Source: an uncultured beta proteobacterium
GTDB taxonomy: Bacteria > Pseudomonadota > Gammaproteobacteria > Burkholderiales > SG8-39
NCBI GenBank assembly: GCA_963789885.1
Contig: CAWBNB010000049.1
Location: 65,304 to 129,303 of the forward strand
Reading direction: 5' to 3'
DNA length: 64,000 nucleotides
The notes under the pieces are model-generated. The model made no database searches and had not been told where the DNA came from. It saw only the letters and a program-made list of their open reading frames with translations. This document shows positions 1 through 9,115 of the stretch, in pieces (positions within the stretch are counted from its first letter, which is position 1; every line of letters begins with the position of its first letter). The translations under genes and the position numbers were made by a program.

Positions 1-1167
1 GCGCGCCGGCAGCACCCACAGCACGTCGTAGGGCATGGCGTCCTGCGGATAGGCGATGTCCCCGTCGGTGATGACGACCGCCGCGCGCACGTGCTGGTCC
101 TCGGCGAGATGGCGCAGCGCGGGCGAAAGGTCGCTGCCGCCGTAGCCGGTGACCCGACGCTCGGCGAGCGACTCGGGCGCGACCAGCTCGTCCGCGGTCA
201 CTGCGGCATCGCACTGCACGAGCCGCACCTGGTCGACGCCCACCGCGTCGCAGAACTCGCCGATCGTGCCGAGTGCGCGCGGGATCTCGTCGGTCATCGA
301 GCCGCTCGTGTCGAGCACCACGTTGAGGATCCAGCCTTCGCGCCGGCGCCCTGGCAGGACGACGTCGGTGCGCTCCGCGCCGCGGCGCGACGGGCGGGCA
401 AACGTGCGCTCGCCGGGCGCGACCGACTCGAGCCAGCGTTGCAGCGCGAGCTCCCACGGCGTGCGATAGACACCGCGCAGCGCGGCGACCGTCTGGCTCG
501 TAGCGCCGGCATCGGTACCGCGGAGGCCGTTTGCGAGGCCCATCGCGCGGGCCAGGCTCAGGGCCTTCGCCGCGAGCGCTTTCATCCGCTCCGCGCTCGC
601 CTGCTGGTCGCCCGCCTCGTCGGGGAAGAGCTCGGCCTCGCGTGCGCCATCGAGCACGTCTCCGGCTTCGTCGCCGGCGCCGGATGCGCGGCGTGCCGTG
701 GTCGCCTCGCCTTCCCACACGCGCGTCTTCGTCTGCGCCGAGGCGTTCCGGCGCATCTCGAGCACGATCTCCTCGGCCGAGCGGTTGCGCGCGCCCGGCA
801 TGTCGAGCCCGCCGGCGGGGATCGCCTGGCCGAGTTCCGTGCGCAGGATGTCGTTGATGATGTAGTCGTGGGCGTAGTTGAACTCCACCCGATCGGCGCC
901 GCGTGCACGGTCGTGCGTGCGGAGAGCGAGATGGAGCAGCTCGTGCGCGAGCACGAAGACGAGCTCGCCGTCCTTGAGTCGCTGCACGAACGCCGGGTTG
1001 GCGACCAGCCGGCCCGACGCGAAAACGCCCATCGTCGGGAGGCGCTCGTCCAGCGAGACACGCGTCGCGGCGGCGAGCCCCGCGAGGTGCGGGAACGGCA
1101 CCGTCACCATCCGCAGACCGCGCTCGATGCGCTCGAGGAGCGAGCGGCCGCTCACCGGGCGGGTCAC
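1..1167 (-). CDS. VWA-domain / DUF2201-type putative metallopeptidase protein, partner of the MoxR-like ATPase (partial; C-terminus lies beyond the window start)
   Basis: Not in the ORF track because it runs off the window. Manual minus-strand translation reads VSGRSLLERIERG...GELVFVLAHELLHLALRTHD (HExxH), ...REGWILNVVLDTSGSMTDEIP (VWA MIDAS DxSGS), ...AAVVITDGDIAYP. The GTG at 1167 overlaps the TGA of the upstream AAA gene (GTGA). An alternative GTG lies at 1155. Confidence 0.75.
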   Translation of the reverse strand, partial: MTRPVSGRSLLERIERGLRMVTVPFPHLAGLAAATRVSLDERLPTMGVFASGRLVANPAFVQRLKDGELVFVLAHELLHLALRTHDRARGADRVEFNYAHDYIINDILRTELGQAIPAGGLDMPGARNRSAEEIVLEMRRNASAQTKTRVWEGEATTARRASGAGDEAGDVLDGAREAELFPDEAGDQQASAERMKALAAKALSLARAMGLANGLRGTDAGATSQTVAALRGVYRTPWELALQRWLESVAPGERTFARPSRRGAERTDVVLPGRRREGWILNVVLDTSGSMTDEIPRALGTIGEFCDAVGVDQVRLVQCDAAVTADELVAPESLAERRVTGYGGSDLSPALRHLAEDQHVRAAVVITDGDIAYPQDAMPYDVLWVLPAR

Positions 1168-2213
1168 AGCCGGGCGACCTGCTTGAGCAGCCCGAGCATC
1201 GCGGCGTCCGCGCCGAGCGCGCCCCAGCGGTCGACGAGATCGGCGAGCAGCGTCAGCTGATGCTCGTGCGCGAGGCTCTTCAGAAAGCGGTTCACCGCGC
1301 GCGGCTTCAGGCCCGCGAGCTTGCCGTCGCGTACGTGCTGACGGATGCAGTTCAGGACGAACCAGCGCGCGGCGTCGCCGCGCGGGAGCCGCTCGGGATG
1401 CTCGACGTAGTGCGCGACCGGGTGCATCGCGCCGATCGCCTCCTCGGCGAGCGCGCAGAAGATCGCGGCGTCCTCGGCCGAGAGGCGCCCGAACGCGAGC
1501 GCGCGGCGCGTCTCCCGCGTCAGCACGCCGCCCGCTTCGGCCATGTCGAGCGCGCGCGAGAGCTGCGCCCAGCTCCGCGGCGTCGAGAACGGCACCGGTT
1601 CGGGCGGCACCCCGCGCATCAGCGCATCGGGCATGTACGAGACGAAGCCGAGGATCTCCGGCCGCACCCGGTTGCGCCGGGCCCACGCGAGCCACTCTTC
1701 GACGTCGACGCGCAGATGGAGGATCGTCACGCGGTTCACGAGCGCCGAGCTCATCGACCGCACGAGCGCGCGGTCCTGGATCCGGTTGCCGGCGGCGACC
1801 ACCCACGTCCCCTTCGGCAGGGTGTGCTCACCGAGGCGGCGCTCGAGCAGGAGCGAGTAGAACGCCTTCTGCACGTCGGGCGCGCAGGCCGGCAGCTCGT
1901 CGAGAAAGAGGCAGAAGGGCTCGGGCAGCTCGGGCAGCAGCAGGCGCGGCGGGCAGAAGACCGAGCGTTCGCCGACGATGCGCGGCACGCCGCTCACGTC
2001 TTCCGGTGCGATCTGGGTGCCGAGGAGCGAGCGGCACGGCAGGCCGGCCTCGCGCGCGGCCTGGTAGACCATTTCGGACTTGCCGACGCCGGGCGGCGCG
2101 AGCAGCAGGAAGCTCGCCTCGTGCGCCATGCACTGGACGAGCTTCTTCGCCTGCCCGAGCGTGATCGACTCTTCGAGCGGTCCGGCAAAGCCGGCAGGGA
2201 GGGGAGCGTTCAA
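1164..2213 (-). CDS. MoxR-like AAA+ ATPase (AAA_5 type)
   Basis: Track ORF of 349 aa. Walker A is LLLAPPGVGKSE and Walker B is FCLFLDELP. An ...AAGNRIQDRA... sensor region is present. Length is typical of MoxR/AAA_5 proteins that pair with VWA proteins. Confidence 0.85.
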   Translation of the reverse strand: MNAPLPAGFAGPLEESITLGQAKKLVQCMAHEASFLLLAPPGVGKSEMVYQAAREAGLPCRSLLGTQIAPEDVSGVPRIVGERSVFCPPRLLLPELPEPFCLFLDELPACAPDVQKAFYSLLLERRLGEHTLPKGTWVVAAGNRIQDRALVRSMSSALVNRVTILHLRVDVEEWLAWARRNRVRPEILGFVSYMPDALMRGVPPEPVPFSTPRSWAQLSRALDMAEAGGVLTRETRRALAFGRLSAEDAAIFCALAEEAIGAMHPVAHYVEHPERLPRGDAARWFVLNCIRQHVRDGKLAGLKPRAVNRFLKSLAHEHQLTLLADLVDRWGALGADAAMLGLLKQVARL

Positions 2214-2280
2214 GGGCGAGTCCTTCCGCGCGTGAAATCGCGCTCGGGCGGAAACGCGGCTGGCTCCTCCGGGGTTGACA

Positions 2281-2303
2281 TCGCCCCCGGTCGAAGGGGG
2301 CGA
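2281..2303 (-). other. Stem-loop between the small-protein gene and the AAA+ gene
   Basis: tcgccccc-ggtcgaa-gggggcga forms an 8-bp GC stem 7 nt downstream of the stop of the 2310-2708 gene. There is no U-tract, so it could be an attenuator or RNA-stability element rather than a classical terminator. Confidence 0.4.
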
Positions 2304-2309
2304 GAGGTG

Positions 2310-2708
2310 CTACGGCAGCTGGATCTTCCCGCCGCCGCCGCCGCCCAGACCGCCGGGCGGAAGCCCGCCCTGCGGAACGACGATCGACGAGGCCGCCTGC
2401 CGGCGGAGCTCCTGCAGCTCGCGCATCGTCTGCTCGACCGCGTCCTTGGCGAGCGGGCCGAACTTCGTCGCCGCGTCGGCGACCGACGTGGCGTCGATCT
2501 CGAATACGATCGGCAACGCGCCGACGTTGCTCATGACCTGCGTTTCGCCGATGTAAACGACCTTCCGGCTCGGGTCGGGTGCGCCGTTGCCGTCGACCGG
2601 CGTCAGGCGCCGGATCGTGCCGACCCGGCGGTCGGTGAACACTTCTTCGAGAAACAGCGAGGCCGGATCGAGCTTGATCTCGGCGCGCGGGTCGGGGCGG
2701 GTAGCCAT
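2310..2708 (-). CDS. Hypothetical 132-aa cytoplasmic protein with a Gly/Pro-rich C-terminal tail
   Basis: This is the C-terminal part of track ORF 2310..3191. The internal ATG gives MATRPDPRAEIKLDPASLFLEEVFTDRRVGTIRRL...VPQGGLPPGGLGGGGGGKIQLP. The upstream part of the ORF is Arg/Pro junk. The gene is first in the operon with the AAA+/VWA pair. Confidence 0.65.
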   Translation of the reverse strand: MATRPDPRAEIKLDPASLFLEEVFTDRRVGTIRRLTPVDGNGAPDPSRKVVYIGETQVMSNVGALPIVFEIDATSVADAATKFGPLAKDAVEQTMRELQELRRQAASSIVVPQGGLPPGGLGGGGGGKIQLP

Positions 2709-2808
2709 GGTGCGTGCTCCTAGTCTGCTGATGCGAAAGGATAACCGATGCACCGCCGGAAGCTGATGACGGTCGCATGCCGCGCCCCGGCCGCGAATGC
2801 CGGAGATT

Positions 2809-2824
2809 TCACAATATAAAGTGA
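2809..2824. promoter_or_regulatory. Imperfect palindrome TCACAATATAAAGTGA in the only AT-rich patch of the divergent 2709-2863 intergenic region (candidate operator or promoter)
   Basis: The palindrome was seen directly. TATAAA/TAGTAT -10-like hexamers lie nearby. It sits between divergently transcribed genes (2708 minus, 2864 plus). Confidence 0.3.
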
Positions 2825-2863
2825 GATGCGATAGTATGGAATGAAGCGAGGCCCGATCGTGCA

Positions 2864-4576
2864 ATGAACGCCGACAGTTCCGCCGCCGCCGGCCCGTTCG
2901 ACGCCGAGTTCGATCTCGTCGTCCTGGGATCGGGCGCGTCGGGCATGACCGCCGCGCTCGTGGCCGCCATCGAAGGCGCGCGCGTCCTCGTCGTCGAGAG
3001 CACCTCCCGCATCGGTGGCACCAGCGCGCGCTCGTCCGGAACGCTCTGGATTCCGCCGGTCGGCGATGCCGCGGCCGCGACTTACCTCGATGCGCTGATC
3101 GGCGACAAGGCGGAACGATCGCTGCGCGAAACCTTCCTCGCCGCCGGCCCCGCGATGATCGCCTGTCTGGAGAAGCACGCCGGCTTTGCATTCCGGCCGT
3201 ACCCGGTGCATCCCGACTATCGCCAGGACCTTCCCGGCGCCGCGACCGGGCAGCGGCCGCTCGAACCGCCCGAGTTCGACGGCCGCCTGCTCGGCGACGA
3301 GTTCGCGCGCGTCGGATGGCCGATTCCCGAGCTGATGCTGCTGGGCGGGATCATGGTGACGCGCGGCGAAGCGGCACGGCTCCTGCGTGCGGGGCGATCG
3401 GTCGATGGGACGCTGCTCGGTGCGCGCCTCGTGCTGCGCTTTCTCGCCGACCGCCTGCGCTACCCGCGCGGCACGCGCCTCGTGCTCGGCAATGCGCTGG
3501 TCGCGCGCCTCTACAAGAGCCTTCTCGACCGGCGGGTGCCGGTGTGGTGCGAGACGAAGACCGAGCGTCTCATCGTCGCCGATGGAGTACGTGGCGCCCT
3601 CGTGCGTCGCGACGGCACGGCGCTGCGCGTGCGCGCCCGCCGCGGCGTCGTGCTCGCAGGCGGCGGCTTTCCGGCGAGCGCCGCCCTGCGCGAGAAGCAT
3701 TTCCGGCCGCCGGTCGCACGCCATACGCCCGCCTACGACGGATGCGTCGGCGACACGATCCGGCTCGGCCAGGAGGCCGGTGGCGTGCTTGGCCCGTCCG
3801 GCGAGGACAATGCGCTCTGGTTTCCCGGATCGCTGGCGACGCGGGCCGACGGAACGACCGCGGTCTACCCGCACATCGTTCTCGACCGGGCGAAGCCGGG
3901 GCTGATCGCGGTCGGACGCTCGGGCCGGCGTTTCACCGACGAAGCGGTGTCGTATCACGAGTTCACGCGTGCGATGTACCGCACCGCCAATGTCCCCGCG
4001 TGGCTGATCTGCGACCGGCGCTTCGTCTGGAAGTACGGCCTCGGGATGATCCGGCCGCTGACGCTGCGCCTCGCGCGGTACGTCGTTTCCGGATATCTGC
4101 AGACTGCGGACACCATCGAGGCCCTGGCCGGAGCCATCGACGTTGCCGCGGAAGGACTGGCCGAAACCGTCCGGCGCCACAACGACTTCGCTCGGACCGG
4201 CATCGACCTCGATTTCGGCAAAGGCGGAAATCCGTACGACCGCAACAACGGTGACCCGGCGCACGCGCCCAATCCGTGCGTCGGCCCGATCGAGCGCGCG
4301 CCTTTTTACGCGGTTCGCGTCGAGCCGGTGCCCCTCGGCACGAGCCTCGGGTTGCGCACCACTTCCGACGCGCAGGTCTGCGATGCGGCCGGCAATCCGA
4401 TCGCCGGCCTCTACGCCGTGGGCAACGACATGCAATCGGTCATGGGCGGGGAATATCCGGGGGCGGGCGCGATGCTCGGCCCCGGCATGACCTTCGGCTA
4501 TCTCGCGGCGCTTCACGCCGTCCGGCCGCGCCCGGCCCGCCCCGCAGCGGGGGCGCCGCGCGAATTCGCGATGTAA
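2864..4576 (+). CDS. FAD-dependent oxidoreductase (FAD_binding_2; KstD / fumarate-reductase flavoprotein-like)
   Basis: Track ORF of 570 aa. The N-terminal dinucleotide fold is DLVVLGSGASGMTAALVAAIEGARVLVVE. The C-terminal signature is GLYAVGNDMQSVMGGEYPGAG. Confidence 0.85.
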   Translation: MNADSSAAAGPFDAEFDLVVLGSGASGMTAALVAAIEGARVLVVESTSRIGGTSARSSGTLWIPPVGDAAAATYLDALIGDKAERSLRETFLAAGPAMIACLEKHAGFAFRPYPVHPDYRQDLPGAATGQRPLEPPEFDGRLLGDEFARVGWPIPELMLLGGIMVTRGEAARLLRAGRSVDGTLLGARLVLRFLADRLRYPRGTRLVLGNALVARLYKSLLDRRVPVWCETKTERLIVADGVRGALVRRDGTALRVRARRGVVLAGGGFPASAALREKHFRPPVARHTPAYDGCVGDTIRLGQEAGGVLGPSGEDNALWFPGSLATRADGTTAVYPHIVLDRAKPGLIAVGRSGRRFTDEAVSYHEFTRAMYRTANVPAWLICDRRFVWKYGLGMIRPLTLRLARYVVSGYLQTADTIEALAGAIDVAAEGLAETVRRHNDFARTGIDLDFGKGGNPYDRNNGDPAHAPNPCVGPIERAPFYAVRVEPVPLGTSLGLRTTSDAQVCDAAGNPIAGLYAVGNDMQSVMGGEYPGAGAMLGPGMTFGYLAALHAVRPRPARPAAGAPREFAM

Positions 4577-4586
4577 GGAGAACGGG

Positions 4587-6419
4587 ATGAACAAGCCAAC
4601 GGAAAAGGGCCTGGCGAGCGCGGCCGACAGCGGCCGCAAGACCGCGACCAGGAAAGGCGGCGACCTGATCGCGGAGTTCCTGGTCAACGAGAAGATCCCC
4701 TACGTGTTCGGCATCTGCGGCCACGGCAACGTCGGCCTGCTCGATCCGCTGTACCAGGTGCGCGACAAGGTCAAGCTCATTTCGCCGCGTCACGAGCAGA
4801 CCGCTGCCCACATGGCCGACGGCTACTTCCGCGTGAAGCACCAGCCGGTGGCGACGCTCACCTCCACCGGGCCGGGCTCCGCGAACATCATCATGGCGCT
4901 CGCCGTGGCGCAGACGGATTCGTCCGCGCTCCTCGCGATCACCGCGAACGTGCCGACCTCGCAGTTCAACCGCGGGCCGTTCCAGGAGCTGAACCGGCAC
5001 AACCAGGCGGATTTCCCGAACGTCGTCCGCCCGGTGGTGAAGCGAAGCTTCCAGCCGACGCGCGTCGACATGCTGCCGCTGGCGCTGCGCCAGGCGGTCA
5101 CCACGATGACGAGCGGCCGGCCGGGACCGGTGAACGTCGACATCCCGTTCAACCTCTTCCAGGAGGAGGCCGAGGTGCCGCTCGAGCCGGCGTGGAACGG
5201 CTTCGACAAGCGCCGAAGCGGCGCCTCGCCCGACGACGTGCGGACGGTGCTCGACATGCTGCAGGCCGCGCGCCGGCCGGTCGTCTTCATCGGTCACGGC
5301 GTGACGCTGTCCGAGGCGGGCAAGGAGCTCACCGAGTTTGCGATCCGATACCGCGTTCCGGTCATCAGCTCGCCGAACGGCATGGGTTGCCTCGACATGC
5401 GCGACCCGATGTCGCTCGGGTTCATCGGCCGCAACGGCGCGTACCCGGCGAACCAGGCGGGACGTCACACCGACCTGATCATCGCGATCGGGGCGCGCTT
5501 CGACGATCGCTCGTCCTCTTCGTGGATGCCGGGCTACTCCTGGAACATCCCGGCGTCGAAGCTCGTTCACGTCGACGTCGACCACGCCGAGATCGGCAGG
5601 AACTACGCCCCCGACCTCGGCATCCTCGCCGACGCGCGCACGTTCCTGCGCCAGCTTCTCGCCGAAGCGGCGAGCCGCAGGATCGACGGCGCGTCGCAGT
5701 TCGCGGAATGGCACGCCCAGATCGCCGCCTGGCGCGCGGAGTGGGAGCAATACGTTCGCCCCAACTTCGAGCTCCACGCCGCGCCGATCCGGCCGGAGCG
5801 CATCGTGGCGGACTGCCGTGCGGTGCTGCCCGACGACGCGATCATCTCGCTCGATTCCGGCATCCACCACAACTGGTTCATGCAGTTCTGGGAGGCGCGC
5901 CGGCCGCAGACGATGCTGAACACCTGGGGTTACTCGGGGATGGGATTCGGCCCGAGCTCGATCCTCGGCGCCAAGCTCGCGGCGCCGGATAAGCCTTGCG
6001 TGTCGATCTGCGGCGACGGCGGGTTCACCATGGTGTCGCACGTCCTTTGCACCGCAGTCGAATACGACATTCCCGCGGTCTGGGTGGTGTGGAACAACTT
6101 CGCCTGGGCCGCGATCCGCGACCTGCAGTACGCGTACTTCGAGGGCCGCGAGCACGGCACCGCCTTCTACCAGGGGCCCGACCGCAAGCCCTACAACCCG
6201 GATTTCGCGGCGTGGGCGAGGGCGGCGGGCGTGGAAGGCCTCACGGTGACCAAGTCGCAGGATTTCAAGGGCGCGCTCGAGCACGCGGTGAAGCTCGGCA
6301 AGCCGTGCCTGATCGACGTCCACGTCGACGCGGACGTCCGGCCGCCGGGCACCGGCGCCTGGGCGCTGCCGCCGATTCCGCACAAGGAGCCGATCTTCGG
6401 CAAGAAGCACGTGAGATGA
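4587..6419 (+). CDS. Thiamine-diphosphate-dependent enzyme (acetolactate synthase large-subunit-like)
   Basis: Track ORF of 610 aa. It shows HEQTAAHMADGY and the ThDP motif ICGDGGFTM...VWNNFAW. An RBS (aaggag) lies upstream. Confidence 0.85.
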   Translation: MNKPTEKGLASAADSGRKTATRKGGDLIAEFLVNEKIPYVFGICGHGNVGLLDPLYQVRDKVKLISPRHEQTAAHMADGYFRVKHQPVATLTSTGPGSANIIMALAVAQTDSSALLAITANVPTSQFNRGPFQELNRHNQADFPNVVRPVVKRSFQPTRVDMLPLALRQAVTTMTSGRPGPVNVDIPFNLFQEEAEVPLEPAWNGFDKRRSGASPDDVRTVLDMLQAARRPVVFIGHGVTLSEAGKELTEFAIRYRVPVISSPNGMGCLDMRDPMSLGFIGRNGAYPANQAGRHTDLIIAIGARFDDRSSSSWMPGYSWNIPASKLVHVDVDHAEIGRNYAPDLGILADARTFLRQLLAEAASRRIDGASQFAEWHAQIAAWRAEWEQYVRPNFELHAAPIRPERIVADCRAVLPDDAIISLDSGIHHNWFMQFWEARRPQTMLNTWGYSGMGFGPSSILGAKLAAPDKPCVSICGDGGFTMVSHVLCTAVEYDIPAVWVVWNNFAWAAIRDLQYAYFEGREHGTAFYQGPDRKPYNPDFAAWARAAGVEGLTVTKSQDFKGALEHAVKLGKPCLIDVHVDADVRPPGTGAWALPPIPHKEPIFGKKHVR

Positions 6420-6802
6420 AGGCGACGAAGAAAACGAAGAGCAGGGCCGCGGCGGTGATCCGCAACGTCGTCGAGACGCCGTGGAAACAGTATCCCGGCC
6501 ACTTCGGCGGCGCGCTCTCCAAGCCGCTGGTGCGGCCCGAAACGGCCGGATCGCGCCTGGTCGACTACCGCATCTCGACCTACCAGCCGATGGCGTACGT
6601 GGAGACCCACGCGCACAAGGTGCAGGAGCAGATCTACCACGTCCTCGAAGGGGAAGGCTCGATGGAGATCGCGGGCCGGCGGCAGATCGTGCGCAAGCAC
6701 GACGTCATCTTCATTCCGCCCGGCGTCCGGCACTCGATCTGCAACAACGGGCTCACCGACCTGACGTTCATCGTCGTCACCACGCCGGCCGAGGACCGAT
6801 AG
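6416..6802 (+). CDS. Cupin domain protein
   Basis: This is the C-terminal part of track ORF 5996..6802, starting at an ATG that overlaps the upstream stop (ATGA). The cupin motifs are THAHKVQEQIYHVLEGEG...FIPPGVRHSICN. Confidence 0.75.
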   Translation: MKATKKTKSRAAAVIRNVVETPWKQYPGHFGGALSKPLVRPETAGSRLVDYRISTYQPMAYVETHAHKVQEQIYHVLEGEGSMEIAGRRQIVRKHDVIFIPPGVRHSICNNGLTDLTFIVVTTPAEDR

Positions 6803-6810
6803 GGCGCGGC

Positions 6811-7656
6811 ATGGGGACGAGAAAAAAGGTCGTGGCGGAAGTCCCGGAGGTGGCGGCGGCCGAGTCGTCGAAGGAGCGCGGCGGCATCCAGTCGCTCGAG
6901 CGCGCCTTCGCGATTCTCGAGGAGGTCGCGCGCAATCGGGAGGGCATCACCCTCGCGGAGCTGAGCAAGTCGGTCGGGCTGCACAACAGCACCGCCTTCC
7001 ATCTGATCAAGACGATGGCCCAGCTCGGCTACCTCACCCAGCTGCGCGACTCCAAGCGCTATCGCATCGGCAGCCGGCTGTTCACCCTGGCCGCGGGTGC
7101 GCTGGAGGAGAACTCGCTGCTGGCGCTCGTCACGCCGGTGCTCGAGACCCTGACGCGCGAGACCGGCGAGACCGGACATTTCGCCATCCGCTCCGGCAAC
7201 GACATCGTGGTGATCGCCCGCACGGCGGGATCGGGGCTGCTGCAGATGATGGACCGCACCGGCGGGCAGCGCCCGGCGCACGCGACCGCGCTCGGCAAGG
7301 TGCTGCTGTCGGCGCTGAACGACGGGCAGATCCGCCAGTTCCTCGGCCGGGATCCGCTGCGCCGGTTCACCGCCAAGACCATCGTCGACCGGGACGGCCT
7401 CCTGCGCGAGATCGAGGAAGTGCGCCGCAAGGGCATCGCGTACGACGACGGGGAGTTCGACGCCGAGATCCGCTGCGTCGCCGTCCCGGTTCACGATTTC
7501 GCGGGACGCCTCGCGGGCGCGGTCGGCATCTCCGGCGCGGTATGGCGGCTGCCGCTGCAGTCGCTGCAGGACAAGGCCCAGCAGGTCCGCGAGGCCGCGC
7601 GGCTGATTTCCGCGCAGCTCGGCTACGACGAGAAGAAGACGACGCGCGTCGCCTGA
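6811..7656 (+). CDS. IclR-family transcriptional regulator
   Basis: Internal ATG of track ORF 6481..7656. The HTH is GITLAELSKSVGLHNSTAFHLIKTMAQLGYL. The IclR effector domain shows ...GHFAIRSGNDIVVIAR...GIAYDDGEFDAEIRCVAVPV. Confidence 0.85.
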   Translation: MGTRKKVVAEVPEVAAAESSKERGGIQSLERAFAILEEVARNREGITLAELSKSVGLHNSTAFHLIKTMAQLGYLTQLRDSKRYRIGSRLFTLAAGALEENSLLALVTPVLETLTRETGETGHFAIRSGNDIVVIARTAGSGLLQMMDRTGGQRPAHATALGKVLLSALNDGQIRQFLGRDPLRRFTAKTIVDRDGLLREIEEVRRKGIAYDDGEFDAEIRCVAVPVHDFAGRLAGAVGISGAVWRLPLQSLQDKAQQVREAARLISAQLGYDEKKTTRVA

Positions 7657-7717
7657 CGCCGCCGCGCGGCTCGCGCTCGGTCGACGTCGCGCTGCCGCTT
7701 GCTTGCGAACGCTGTCC

Positions 7718-7760
7718 CTTTATTGAATACTGTGAATTCGCTTCCGGCATTGTGCAATAC
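7718..7760 (+). promoter_or_regulatory. AT-richer patch with the direct repeat ATTG(N0-3)AATAC upstream of the ABC operon (candidate promoter or IclR operator)
   Basis: The sequence tttattgaatactgtgaattcgcttccggcattgtgcaatac was seen directly. It lies between iclR and the binding-protein gene. Confidence 0.3.
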
Positions 7761-7788
7761 GAGCCGGGCCAACGAGGAGGAGACCGCA

Positions 7789-9060
7789 ATGATCGAGCAC
7801 GAGCAGGAGGGGATTTCCACGAGCACCTCCGCAGGTCGCCGCAAACTGCTGCAGGCAGGCGCGGCGGTCGCGGGCGCATTGGCCGTCGGCTTCCCGGCGA
7901 TCGTGCGCAGCCAGTCGGACAAAATCAAGATCGGCCATCTCACGCCGCTGACGGGTTTCCTCGGCGCACTCGGCCAATACGCCGTCCTCGGCATCAAGAT
8001 GGCCGAGGAGGAGATCAACCAGTCCGGCGGCGTGATGGGCCGGCAGATCGAGCTTATTTCGGAGGATTCGGTCAATCCCACGACGGCGTCGACCAAGGCC
8101 CAGCGCATGTACGAGCAGGACCGCGTCGCGCTGCTGCTCGGCGAGATCAACTCGGCCTCCGCGCTGACCATCATGCAGGTCGCGGCGCGCAACCGGCGCT
8201 TCTTCTTGAGCACCGGCGCGCGCTCGGACGCGCTGCGCAGCAAGAACTGCAACCGATATACCTTCCACATGGATATTCCCGTCACCGTGATGGTGAACGC
8301 CGAGGGCCAGGCGCTGCTGCGCGACGGACTCGTGAAAGGCAAGCGCGTCTTCTACCTGACCTCGGACTATCTCTTCGGCCACGACCTGGCGAAGGCGGCC
8401 AAGAATTTCATGACCGGTAACGGCGCCACCACGATCGGCGACGAGCTGTGCGCCACCGACGTGACCGACTTCAGCCCGTACCTGCTCAAGGTCCGGCAGC
8501 AGAAGCCCGATCTCGTCGCGACCAACCTCGGCGGCAACCAGGTCACCAACTTCGTCAAGCAGTACGCCGAATTCGGCCTGCCGTATGCGGTCGCGGGCTT
8601 CAACCTCAACACGGCGGACGCCTGGGCGGCGGGCGAAGGCAACCTCAGCGGGATCTGGCCGACGGTCTGGCACCACGAGATCGACACCCCGGGCACGAAG
8701 GCCTTCGTCGCCGCGTTCCGCAAAAAGCACGGCAAGACTCCGGAAAACCATGCCTGGATCGAATACGTTTCGCTGAAGGTCCTGGCGCAGGCCATGAACG
8801 ACATCAAGTCGTCCGACAACGACAAGCTGATCGCCTACCTCGAGAAGCAGCCGCAGTTCGACCTGCTCAAGCCGCGCAAGGGCTATTTCCGGTCGTGGGA
8901 CCATCAGATGATGCAGGAGGCCTACACCTTCACGGTCAAGCCCAAGGGCCAGGCGAAGGACCAGTCGGACTTCCTCCAGTTCGGGCCGGCCGTGCCCAAG
9001 CCGGACCAGCCGCTGGAGCTGCTCGCGCCGACGAAAGAGCAGAGCGAGTGCAAGATGTAG
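7789..9060 (+). CDS. Liv-type (branched-chain amino acid family) ABC transporter substrate-binding protein with a Tat-like signal
   Basis: Internal ATG after aggagg in track ORF 7699..9060. The signal is SAGRRKLLQAGAAVAGALAVGFPAIVRS. Family-1 PBP motifs include IKIGHLTPLTGFLGALG. Confidence 0.85.
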   Translation: MIEHEQEGISTSTSAGRRKLLQAGAAVAGALAVGFPAIVRSQSDKIKIGHLTPLTGFLGALGQYAVLGIKMAEEEINQSGGVMGRQIELISEDSVNPTTASTKAQRMYEQDRVALLLGEINSASALTIMQVAARNRRFFLSTGARSDALRSKNCNRYTFHMDIPVTVMVNAEGQALLRDGLVKGKRVFYLTSDYLFGHDLAKAAKNFMTGNGATTIGDELCATDVTDFSPYLLKVRQQKPDLVATNLGGNQVTNFVKQYAEFGLPYAVAGFNLNTADAWAAGEGNLSGIWPTVWHHEIDTPGTKAFVAAFRKKHGKTPENHAWIEYVSLKVLAQAMNDIKSSDNDKLIAYLEKQPQFDLLKPRKGYFRSWDHQMMQEAYTFTVKPKGQAKDQSDFLQFGPAVPKPDQPLELLAPTKEQSECKM

Positions 9061-9067
9061 GCGGCTG

Positions 9068-9102
9068 CCGGAAGCGGGCACTGCCGCAGCGCCCGCTTCC
9101 GG
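9068..9102 (+). other. Strong intercistronic stem-loop directly after the binding-protein gene
   Basis: ccggaagcgggc-N11-gcccgcttccgg forms a 12-bp stem. There is no U-tract. It probably stabilises or attenuates the upstream SBP message. Confidence 0.5.
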
Positions 9103-9115
9103 TGACCGATTGAGT

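Noticed and set aside
91-6410. Long ORFs 91..1260 (+), 1260..2723 (+), 2720..4687 (-) and 4440..6410 (-).
   Set aside because: They are antisense or off-frame shadows of the VWA, AAA+, FAD-oxidoreductase and ThDP-enzyme genes. Their composition is low-complexity and Arg-rich, and the opposite strand carries clear family motifs.
7720-9081. A 453-aa minus-strand ORF exactly mirroring the 453-aa binding-protein ORF.
   Set aside because: It is an antisense shadow. Its translation is Arg/Leu/Asp-rich with no signal or PBP motifs, whereas the plus strand has a Tat signal and PBP signatures.
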